DNA of 27,287 bases, taken from positions 1 through 27,287 of the forward strand of contig JAYUUO010000232.1 of the NCBI GenBank assembly GCA_043754515.1, given 5' to 3'. How positions within the stretch are numbered: the stretch's first letter is position 1; the number at the start of each line of letters is the position of its first letter. Below are positions 17,682 to 25,582 of the stretch, one piece after another. Below the pieces are notes generated by a model. That model had not been told where the DNA came from. It made no database searches and saw nothing but the letters and a program-made list of their open reading frames with translations. The translations under genes were made by a program, and so were the position numbers. Source of the DNA: Armatimonadota bacterium (GTDB taxonomy: Bacteria; Armatimonadota; Armatimonadia; Armatimonadales; Armatimonadaceae).

Positions 17682-19084
17682 CCGACCGGATCCGGCACAC
17701 CGAAGGCCCGGTACGACTCCGGGCGAAGTGGGTGCTCCCGGTCGAGATGCCACCGATTGAGGACGGCGAAGTCATCTTTGAAGACGGGCGGATCACGCAT
17801 ATCGGGAAGGCGGCCTCACCCCGCGAGCCGCATATTGATCTCGGGCTGTCTGCGATAATGCCGGGCTTCGTGAATGTCCACGCCCACCTGGAATATACCG
17901 TGATGCGCGGCCTGATTGAGGACCTCGCCTTCTTCCCCTGGATCCGCACCCTCACCGCGCTCAAAACTCGCCTGTCTCTCGACGACTGGATCGCCTCGGC
18001 CACCATGGGCGCGGCGGAAATGCTAGCGGGAGGGATCACTACCGTCGCGGACGCGTGCGACGCGGGGGCCTCGCTCGCCGCCCTGCTCGTGTCCGGGCAA
18101 CGTGGGATCGTGTTCCGCGAGGTTTTCGGGATCGAGCGGGAGCCGACTCCCGAAAACATACTCATCGCCCTCAAACGTAAAATGGTCGCGATGGAGGAGC
18201 AGATCGAGCGGCATCACGCCGAGGATCGGGTCGCGCTCGGTATCTCGCCCCACGCCCCGTACACCGTGTCCGGCGACCTGTTCCGCGAATTGGCGACTTA
18301 CGCGAACCGCAAGGGGTACCTCCAGTGCATCCATGTCGCCGAATCACCGGCGGAAAACGAGCTGATTCGCCGGGGAACCGGGCCTTTCGCGGAGATGTTT
18401 TCGGCGCGGGGGATCCCGTGGAAGATTCCGGGCGTTTCTCCGGTGCGCTATATCGCCGATCACGGCGGGTTCGACGCCCCGACACTCGCGGTTCACGCGG
18501 TGCATGTGGATAAAACGGACGCCGACCTTCTCGCGGATAAAGGGGTGTCTGTGGCGCACTGCCCGAAGTCCAACGGCAAGTTGGGTGCGGGGTTCGCGCC
18601 GGTGAAAAGCCTCTTGAAAGCGGGAATACGGGTCGGGCTGGGCACTGATTCCGTGGTCTCGAATAACACGACCGATATGTTCGAGGAGATGCGCCACGCC
18701 GTGTTCACCGCGCGCTCGCGCGAGCAGAAGCCGGACGCGCTGTCCGCCCGCGACGCGCTCCATATGGCGACGTTGGGCGGTGCCAGGGCACTCGGCATGG
18801 ATCGTGAGATCGGTTCGCTGATGCGAGGGAAACGCGCGGACCTGTGTGTGGTGCGCCTCGACGGTCTGCACCTGACACCGACTGCCGACGACAACCCGCT
18901 CGCCGCGCTGGTCTACGCCGCGCGCTCCTCCGACGTCGCGCTGACCCTGGTGGACGGGCGAGTGCTGTACGAAACCGGCGTTTACACGATGCTGGACATC
19001 GCCCGTTTGCGTCCCACCGTGGCGCAGATCCGTAGCCACCTTTCTGCGGAAGTGCAAAAGGAGATGGCGCGCTTTGGCTCGTAG
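17672..19084 (+). CDS. Amidohydrolase, MtaD/SAH-deaminase-like family
   Basis: MPGFVNVHAH, PHAPYTVS, IHVAES, HAVH, HCPKSN.KL, GLGTDS, ATLGGARALG and G.RADL. Start ATG 17672 overlaps the upstream stop. Confidence 0.88.
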   Translation: MSVADRIRHTEGPVRLRAKWVLPVEMPPIEDGEVIFEDGRITHIGKAASPREPHIDLGLSAIMPGFVNVHAHLEYTVMRGLIEDLAFFPWIRTLTALKTRLSLDDWIASATMGAAEMLAGGITTVADACDAGASLAALLVSGQRGIVFREVFGIEREPTPENILIALKRKMVAMEEQIERHHAEDRVALGISPHAPYTVSGDLFRELATYANRKGYLQCIHVAESPAENELIRRGTGPFAEMFSARGIPWKIPGVSPVRYIADHGGFDAPTLAVHAVHVDKTDADLLADKGVSVAHCPKSNGKLGAGFAPVKSLLKAGIRVGLGTDSVVSNNTTDMFEEMRHAVFTARSREQKPDALSARDALHMATLGGARALGMDREIGSLMRGKRADLCVVRLDGLHLTPTADDNPLAALVYAARSSDVALTLVDGRVLYETGVYTMLDIARLRPTVAQIRSHLSAEVQKEMARFGS

Positions 19085-19847
19085 GTCGGCGAAGCCGTCA
19101 GTGCGCTCGGCGGGAGCGGACGCGCCCGCATCCGGCGCGAACGACGTCACGACGGGCTGGGTGACTGTGTTGTTGGGTCTTGCCATCTCCGGCTTTCTGT
19201 TCTGGAAGAATCACGACCGGGGCGTTATTCTCGGATTCTACGAGTACAACCTGCTCAACATAGCCTTCGTGTTGTGGGTGCCGCTGATCGTCGGGATGCT
19301 GTTTCTGCGCCGGGAGCCTGCCGACATCGGCTTCGCTACCGGCGACCTCGGTAAGGGGATGCTCGCCGCGCTCGCCTGTTTCGTGCTGTTTTGCCCCGTG
19401 CTCTACTTCTTCGGTCAGAACCGGGATGCCCAGAGCTACTACATTGGCCACTGGATGAACTCGCTTGGCGGGAGCGGCGCGGTGATCAGCGTGTTCGGGG
19501 ACGGCAGGGGGGGCATTATCGGCGGGCGGATCGTGTGGGAGAAGCTCGTCTACCATGAGGTTATCATGGGCTTCTACATGTTTGCGTGGGAATACTATCA
19601 CCGGGGGTTTCTACTGAATGGGTTCCTCAAGATCATGCCCGACTGGGGCGCGGTGCTCCTGCAAGCCGCGCTGTTCACCGCATTACACTACGGCAAGCCG
19701 CTCGCCGAAACGATCTCGTCGTTCCCCGGCGCGATCCTGATGGCACTACTCGCGATACGCTTCCGCTCGTTTCTGCCCTGCTTTCTGCTCCACTGGCTGG
19801 TATCGGCGGGGTTTGATTTCTCCGTCCTGTACCACCACTTCAAGTAG
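19074..19847 (+). CDS. CPBP (CAAX/Abi) family intramembrane glutamic endopeptidase
   Basis: Multi-TM; WEYYHRG (variant of EExxFRG), LFTALHYGKP..E and LLHW motifs; AAAGGAG upstream of TTG start. Confidence 0.85.
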   Translation: MARRSAKPSVRSAGADAPASGANDVTTGWVTVLLGLAISGFLFWKNHDRGVILGFYEYNLLNIAFVLWVPLIVGMLFLRREPADIGFATGDLGKGMLAALACFVLFCPVLYFFGQNRDAQSYYIGHWMNSLGGSGAVISVFGDGRGGIIGGRIVWEKLVYHEVIMGFYMFAWEYYHRGFLLNGFLKIMPDWGAVLLQAALFTALHYGKPLAETISSFPGAILMALLAIRFRSFLPCFLLHWLVSAGFDFSVLYHHFK

Positions 19848-19871
19848 CTCTGTACCACCACTTTGAGGAGC
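19827..19871 (+). repeat. Imperfect tandem duplication (23-bp period) of the CPBP 3' end
   Basis: CTGTACCACCACTTcaAGtAGC versus CTGTACCACCACTTtgAGgAGC, 19/22 identical. Confidence 0.75.
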
Positions 19872-19876
19872 AGTTA

Positions 19877-19913
19877 GGGGCGTTCGCGCGGCCTATGTCG
19901 GTGCGAACGCCCC
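19877..19913. terminator. Hairpin between convergent genes
   Basis: GGGGCGTTCGC...GCGAACGCCCC, 11-bp perfect stem that can be extended; no U tract. Confidence 0.5.
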
Positions 19914-19922
19914 CGATCCGTG

Positions 19923-20732
19923 CTACGCGGCTCTGCGGCGTCGCGCTATCATCGCCACTGCGGGTAGAACGGCGAGCGCGAGCAGCGGTAGCGACCCCGC
20001 CTCGGGAACCGCGACGCCGAACGGCTTTTGCGCCAGGGTCGCAACCTGCCCGTCGGTCAATACCGTGTTATAGGCGCGGATCAGAGCGACCGAGCCACTG
20101 GAGTACTCGCCCTGCCCGCCTCCCACTACATTGTCCAGGAAAAAGTTCATCCCCAGTCCCGCATTGTCGGAGTTACTGATGTTCATGATCGTCGTGGCGG
20201 CGGCGACCTCCAGCGACCCATCCAGGTAGCCCTTCGCGGTGGTGCCGTCGTTCGTGAGGACCACGTGGTGGAACAGGTTGTTCGTGTAAGCGGTTGTACT
20301 GCTCGCGACGGGGAAGACATATAAATGATTGCCGGGTTCAACGTAGAAGCCGTTATCGGACTGACGGTTTTGGACGTCAATGATCCGCCGCCACGCGCCG
20401 TCCCTGTCCGTGAACTTGAACACCATCTCGATGGAGTAGTTCTGCGTCAGCAAACCCGTCGTATTGAGTGACAAACCGGCTTGCTGCAGGGGCGTAGTGT
20501 TGCCGACGAAGTTGTACACGCCGTGATTCACGCCGAACACGGAAGCGGTGCCGAAGCCACTGGTGCCTTGCGGGTCAGTAGCCGTTAGCGCGGAGACGCC
20601 CGCCTGGGTTGCGGCGAGATTGCCGTTAAACTGGTAGGTGGCGACCGGCGTCTGCGCGTTGGCGGCGGTCACCGCGCCACAGGCCACGATCATAGCGAAC
20701 ACGGAGGTGAATCGGGAAACGAGAGTTTTCAT
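19923..20732 (-). CDS. Secreted LamG/concanavalin-like domain protein with PEP-CTERM-type sorting signal
   Basis: Signal peptide ending ANA|Q; YQFNGNL, FHHVVLT, YLDG and IRAYN.VL motifs; tail VPEAGS + hydrophobic helix + RRRR. Start ATG 20732 with AAAGGA SD. Confidence 0.88.
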   Translation of the reverse strand: MKTLVSRFTSVFAMIVACGAVTAANAQTPVATYQFNGNLAATQAGVSALTATDPQGTSGFGTASVFGVNHGVYNFVGNTTPLQQAGLSLNTTGLLTQNYSIEMVFKFTDRDGAWRRIIDVQNRQSDNGFYVEPGNHLYVFPVASSTTAYTNNLFHHVVLTNDGTTAKGYLDGSLEVAAATTIMNISNSDNAGLGMNFFLDNVVGGGQGEYSSGSVALIRAYNTVLTDGQVATLAQKPFGVAVPEAGSLPLLALAVLPAVAMIARRRRAA

Positions 20733-20804
20733 AACATTTTCCTTTATGGGCGCGATCCTGCGTGGGTGGCACCCGGACAACACGGGTATTACCTACCCTG
20801 CCGT

Positions 20805-20834
20805 ATTATAACCAGTACGCTTGCTGAAAAGCAA
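20805..20834 (-). promoter_or_regulatory. Sigma70 promoter for the PEP-CTERM gene
   Basis: TTGCTT-N18-TATAAT on the minus strand. Confidence 0.55.
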
Positions 20835-20865
20835 CGGCTGGCAAGGAAGAATTTGTGTGAAATAG

Positions 20866-21648
20866 TTAACTCACGATACCCCAGCCGCGTAAATCGCGCA
20901 GGAAGGCGTGCGCGGTCAGGTCAAGGTGGATGGGGGTGACGGTAATGAAGCCGTCGCCGATGGCGTGTGTATCCGTTCCCTCGGCAGTCTCCGCTGAGTG
21001 TATCTTGCCGCCGAGCCACCAGTATGGGCGGCCGACCGGGTCGGTACGCTTGTCGAGCCGGTCCACGTACTGCCGGTCCCCTTGCGTACATAGGCGCACG
21101 CCGCGTATCTGGTCGGCTGGGAGGCTGGGGGCGTTCACATTCAGGAGCGTGACCGGCGGTAGCCCGCGCGACGTTACGGCGGGCACGAGCGTTTCGGCGA
21201 CGTATCGCGCCCCCGGCGTCCAGTGAATCGTCTCGTCGTACGAGGCGGCCGAGACCGCGATCGCGGGGATCCCGGTGATGACCGCCTCCATCGCCGCCGA
21301 GACGGTGCCGGAGTAGGTGACGTCCCAGCCCAGGTTCGGGCCGTGGTTCATGCCCGATACCACGAGTTGCGCGGGGTCGCTCGAACACAGTTCGAGTAGC
21401 CCCAGGGTCACGCAGTCCGCCGGGGTCCCCGAACACGCCCAGGCAGGCGAACCGTCTTCGAGCGCGACCTGCTTCATCCGGAGCGGCTTGTGCAAGGTGA
21501 TCGAGTGTCCCGAAGCGGACCGCTGTCGCTCCGGGGCGCACACTGTGACGCGGTGTCCGGCGCGTTCCAGTTCGGTCTTCAACGCGAACAGGCCGGGCGC
21601 GAAAACCCCGTCGTCGTTGGTCAATAAGATATGGGTCGGGTCGCTCAT
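20866..21648 (-). CDS. surE: 5'/3'-nucleotidase SurE
   Basis: ILLTNDDGV.APG, AP...RS..GHSITL, SGTPADCV, VVSGMN.G.N.G.DV.YSGTV.AAME, LLNVN.P and VTP...DLT. Confidence 0.96.
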   Translation of the reverse strand: MSDPTHILLTNDDGVFAPGLFALKTELERAGHRVTVCAPERQRSASGHSITLHKPLRMKQVALEDGSPAWACSGTPADCVTLGLLELCSSDPAQLVVSGMNHGPNLGWDVTYSGTVSAAMEAVITGIPAIAVSAASYDETIHWTPGARYVAETLVPAVTSRGLPPVTLLNVNAPSLPADQIRGVRLCTQGDRQYVDRLDKRTDPVGRPYWWLGGKIHSAETAEGTDTHAIGDGFITVTPIHLDLTAHAFLRDLRGWGIVS

Positions 21649-21776
21649 GCGTCGTTAGTATACCTGAACCGGTCGTGGAAGTCCGGCAAAATCTCGCGGA
21701 AGCGTATGGTGATAAACAAGCGCCTTTTTGCGTAGAACAACGAGACGAACGGCCTCCCCGCCTATCAGGACTCACA

Positions 21777-22823
21777 ATGCGCGACTTGTTACCCCATAAA
21801 ACGACTAAGACCGAGACGGCTCATTTATCGCGATTCGGCACTCCCGAAGTCACGCTCATGTATAACCCGACATCCGGCGGTGCCCTGCAAAGTGGAGGGA
21901 TTGTGCTCCCTGGCGGCCGGAACCAGCATCTGGTCTGGCTCGAAGACGCGACCACGTTCCTCAAAGCGGAGACCGGGGTCGCGCCGAACCTGATCGCTAC
22001 CGAGACGCCGGAGGAGGCACTCGCGACGCTACGCGATCTCGTCCAGCGGAGCGCGCCTCTGGTGATCGCGGCGGGCGGTGACGGGACGCTACGTACGGCG
22101 GCGAACGTTCTCGCGGGCACTGACACCGCGCTCGGTATCCTGCCGCGCGGCACGGTGAACGTGTTCGCGCGCGAGCTTTCGATCCCGCTCGATGACTTGA
22201 CGGCGGCCCTGCAACTCGCTCTCCATGGCCGGACTCGCCGGGTTGACGTCGGCTGTATCTGGGTGCCGAATCGGGAGGAAGGGCAACTGTTTTTGCTGAT
22301 GGCGTCGCTCGGCGTGGACGCGCTCGCAGTGGATAACGTCAACCCGGACGTGAAGGAGTTTGTCGGCGCGTCGGCGTACGTACTCGCGGGGCTTTCGACG
22401 CTGGCGAACTTCGTTCCGCCCACCATCACCCTGCGCGTCCACGGCTCGGATGTCGCTCGCGGAGTTCCTATCGTCCGTTCCAGCGAGGCGTTCGCGGTGC
22501 TGATCGCCAACACGACGCTATACGGAGGCGACTTCCGCGCGGCCCCCGACGCGCTTCTAGACGACGGTTTGTTCGACGTGTTCGTGTTCGACGCGGTGCC
22601 CGGTTTGCCCGCGCCGTTACAGCGCGCCAACTTCGCCAAGCAGTTTGGTCTCGCCGCGCTCGGGCAGCACCTCGGCGACCCGCATGTTCACTACATCACG
22701 GCGTCGCGCCTCGAAGTCACCTGCGTCCCGGCGACCTCGCTCCAAGCGGACGGCGACTCGTTCGGCACGCAACCGTCCTTCTTCGTCGAGGTGATGCCCC
22801 AGTCGCTGGCGGTTCGTTGCTAG
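21777..22823 (+). CDS. Diacylglycerol/lipid kinase family protein (YegS/BmrU/DagK-like)
   Basis: YNPTSG, AAGGDGT, LGILP.GT.N.FAR.L, VDVG, N...YGG, DDGLFDV and QADGD. Start uncertain; ATG 21777 has an AGGA SD. Confidence 0.88.
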   Translation: MRDLLPHKTTKTETAHLSRFGTPEVTLMYNPTSGGALQSGGIVLPGGRNQHLVWLEDATTFLKAETGVAPNLIATETPEEALATLRDLVQRSAPLVIAAGGDGTLRTAANVLAGTDTALGILPRGTVNVFARELSIPLDDLTAALQLALHGRTRRVDVGCIWVPNREEGQLFLLMASLGVDALAVDNVNPDVKEFVGASAYVLAGLSTLANFVPPTITLRVHGSDVARGVPIVRSSEAFAVLIANTTLYGGDFRAAPDALLDDGLFDVFVFDAVPGLPAPLQRANFAKQFGLAALGQHLGDPHVHYITASRLEVTCVPATSLQADGDSFGTQPSFFVEVMPQSLAVRC

Positions 22824-24415
22824 GGATTGTTGGCGGGCGGTTCATCCCCATCTCCGCGTAGTAATCCGTACTCGACCGCGTCCACGAGTGCCAGCCACGA
22901 CGCCTCAATGATGTTGGTGGACACACCGACCGTCGTCCAGGTGTCGCCGCCGAGAGCGGTGGTTTCAACGATGGCGCGCACCTTCGCTGCGGTGCCCTCG
23001 TCGGTTGAGACGACGCGCACCTTGAAGTCGGTCAGCCGGATGTCGGCGAGTTGGGGGTAGGCGGTTTGCAGGGCGTTTCGCAGGGCACCGTCCAGCGCGT
23101 GAACGGGGCCGTCGCCTTCCGCGACGGTCAGCATCTCCTGCCCGCCGACCCGCAGACGCAGGGTGGCTTCGGTGATCGGCTCGGGGTCGTTCGTGCGGCG
23201 CTCGGTCAGCACGCGAAACCCGATCAGCTCGAACAGTTTCCGGTATCGCCCGGTCGCCTTTTTCAGGAGCAACTCGAACGAGCCTTCCGCGCCTTCGAAC
23301 GAGTACCCGCCGCGCTCGCGTTCAGTGACTTCGGCGAGAACCGCCTTCGCCTCGGGCGACCGCTTGTCCAACTCGTAGCCGAGGTCGGCGGCTTTCTGAG
23401 CAATGGTCGCGCCCCCCGACTGCTCCGAAACTAGGAGACGGCGCGTGTTGCCCACGGTCTCCGGGACGAGATGGTCGTACGCGGTGGGAGCCTTGCTGAT
23501 CGCGTCCGCATGGAGGCCCGCTTTGTGAGTGAACGCGTTGCGGCCGACGTACGCCGCCTTCGGGTTCGGGGAAACGTTCGCGATCTCGTCCACGAAGGCG
23601 GACAGTTTTGTCAGGTCGCGCATCGCCTGGTCGCTCAGACAGTCGTAGCCCATCTTCAGACGGAGCGCGGCGACTATCGGCACGATGTTGGCGTTGCCGA
23701 CCCGCTCCCCGTATCCGTTCACGGTGCCCTGAACCTGCGTCGCGCCCGCCTGTACGCCCGCCAGCGCGTTCGCGGTGCCGCAGTCGCCGTCGTCGTGCGG
23801 GTGGATGGCGATCTTTACGCGGGGGAACGCCCTGCTGACATCGGCGACGATGGTGGCTACCTCGTGGGGCAGACAGCCGCCGTTCGTATCGCAGAGGCAG
23901 AGCCAGTCCGCGCCGTTGTCCGCCGCCGCGGCGAGGGCCGCCATCGTGTAGTCGCCGTTCTCCTTGTAGCCGTCGAAGAAATGCTCGGCGTCGTAGACGA
24001 CCTCCTTGCCGTTGGCTTTCAGGTAAGCGACCGACTCGCCGATCATGCGCAGGTTTTCTTCGAGCGGGACGCGGAGCGTTTCGGTGACGTGCCACGCCGA
24101 CGACTTACCAACAATAGTCACCACCGGCGTTCGCGCGTCGAGCAGGTGCCGGAGCAGGATGTCGTCCTCGACGTGGGTGTTAGCCTTGCGGGTAGAGCCG
24201 AACGCGGCGAGGCGGGCGTTCGCGAGGGGGGCCTCGCGCATCCGCACGAAGAACTCGGTGTCTTTGGGGACCGCGCCGGGCCAACCGCCCTCAATGTAGT
24301 CCGCGCCGAACTCGTCTAGGCGTCGCGCGATTTTGATTTTGTCGGTTACCGAGAACGAAACGCCCTCGCCCTGTGAGCCGTCGCGTAGTGTCGTGTCGTA
24401 AACGAAAACTTTCAT
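22820..24415 (-). CDS. cimA: Citramalate synthase (LeuA/CimA family)
   Basis: YDTTLRDGSQGEG, IEGGWPG, AFGSTR, YDAEHFFDG, LCDTNGG, NGYGER.GNA, AF.HKAGLH, GYSFE.A..SFEL and GDGPV.ALD.ALR. Start ATG 24415. Confidence 0.93.
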   Translation of the reverse strand: MKVFVYDTTLRDGSQGEGVSFSVTDKIKIARRLDEFGADYIEGGWPGAVPKDTEFFVRMREAPLANARLAAFGSTRKANTHVEDDILLRHLLDARTPVVTIVGKSSAWHVTETLRVPLEENLRMIGESVAYLKANGKEVVYDAEHFFDGYKENGDYTMAALAAAADNGADWLCLCDTNGGCLPHEVATIVADVSRAFPRVKIAIHPHDDGDCGTANALAGVQAGATQVQGTVNGYGERVGNANIVPIVAALRLKMGYDCLSDQAMRDLTKLSAFVDEIANVSPNPKAAYVGRNAFTHKAGLHADAISKAPTAYDHLVPETVGNTRRLLVSEQSGGATIAQKAADLGYELDKRSPEAKAVLAEVTERERGGYSFEGAEGSFELLLKKATGRYRKLFELIGFRVLTERRTNDPEPITEATLRLRVGGQEMLTVAEGDGPVHALDGALRNALQTAYPQLADIRLTDFKVRVVSTDEGTAAKVRAIVETTALGGDTWTTVGVSTNIIEASWLALVDAVEYGLLRGDGDEPPANNP

Positions 24416-24456
24416 AGCGAAATGATTGTATCGTGTCCGCGAGCGGGCACGGCGGG

Positions 24457-24496
24457 GTAGGGCGGCACTTTGTCCGCGACCGCGGACAAAGTGCCG
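24457..24496. repeat. GTAG-led REP/REPIN-like palindrome, 16-bp perfect inverted repeat
   Basis: GTAGGG then CGGCACTTTGTCCGCG-AC-CGCGGACAAAGTGCCG. Confidence 0.65.
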
Positions 24497-24613
24497 TACA
24501 GACAATCAATTATGGTGCGATTTCCGTGGCGGGTGTGGAAACGAGCGCGGCCCGAGGGCGCGCGATATGACTGGTCGGAGGCTCCAGCGTCGGAACATGG
24601 CCGAGTAGCGTCG

Positions 24614-25117
24614 CTACTTCTCCTTTGGCGCGAAAGAGGGTATGCCGGGAATCTCCGGCGGTGGGACTTTGCTGTTGTAGTCGGGCGCGGGTTCCGCCTG
24701 CGCTGCTTTGGCGCGTGCCGCCGCGCCGGGGAGCATCTTCATGCCGGTTTGTACGGCACCGACGACGGCGAAGTAGGTGAACACACCGTGGAGCAACGTG
24801 CCGACGAGCGACGCGATGGTCGCGGTGCGGCCGACTTCGACTTTGCGCCGGTCGTCCCACATTAGGAACGCTAAGCCGACCGGGAGCATGGCGAACGGGA
24901 TTACAAGCCCACCGATGACGCCGACCCAGTGCGCCACGGACGGGTCCACGGACGCCGCAGGGGAGTGACCGCTCGAGACAGGGGCGGCGTCATCTGGGCC
25001 GGGTGCCTTCCTCCCGGCGGCGAGCGGGGCGGCACATTTCCAGCACGCCGCCTGCGTCTCGAAGTTGTTCGCGCCGCAACGCGCACAGATTACCCGCCCG
25101 GAGGCCGCCGTCGCCAT
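24614..25117 (-). CDS. Zinc-ribbon membrane protein (hypothetical)
   Basis: CARC...CWKC, two hydrophobic segments and a Pro-rich tail; GGAG upstream. Confidence 0.75.
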   Translation of the reverse strand: MATAASGRVICARCGANNFETQAACWKCAAPLAAGRKAPGPDDAAPVSSGHSPAASVDPSVAHWVGVIGGLVIPFAMLPVGLAFLMWDDRRKVEVGRTATIASLVGTLLHGVFTYFAVVGAVQTGMKMLPGAAARAKAAQAEPAPDYNSKVPPPEIPGIPSFAPKEK

Positions 25118-25133
25118 GCCAAGGTTTCTCCGC

Positions 25134-25400
25134 TCAGTCTACGTTAGTCTGCGGGGCTTGCAAGGTGCGGGTATCCCTCGGCTTCTCCCAGATCTTTTTG
25201 CCGGTCTGCTGGAAGCCGTTCCAGAGTAGCCCCGCAAGAGCCACCGCCGCTACGAGAGCGACCACGACGTTTCGCGTGCGCGTCGCCGGATCAATCCGGG
25301 CGCGTAGTACTTCGGTCGCCGCTTCCTCGCGCCCGACGTTGTTAAACTTAAAGTTGCCAAGTGAATTACCTGGTTTGTTTTCAATATCCATGGGTATCAT
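25134..25400 (-). CDS. Small single-pass membrane protein (hypothetical)
   Basis: 88 aa with TM VVVALVAAVALAGLLW; 16 nt upstream of the zinc-ribbon gene. Start could be 25391. Confidence 0.65.
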   Translation of the reverse strand: MIPMDIENKPGNSLGNFKFNNVGREEAATEVLRARIDPATRTRNVVVALVAAVALAGLLWNGFQQTGKKIWEKPRDTRTLQAPQTNVD

Positions 25401-25582
25401 TGCCTGTCTGGTAAGTGGTGTCTGCTTATGGCACCGTTCCCGTACCGCCGAAGATTTGATTGAAACTTGCGCCCCGATGTGGCACTCATAAAAAGAACGA
25501 ATAAGCGCGTGTTTCCGTACACTGTACTGTACGTGCGTCGTACCTGCAAACGTTCGCGCAACGAGGAGAATGCATCGCCGTT

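Noticed and set aside
22820..22823. Overlapping stop codons (CTAG) of the convergent kinase and cimA genes
   Set aside because: Real, but a common compact arrangement with no further signal.
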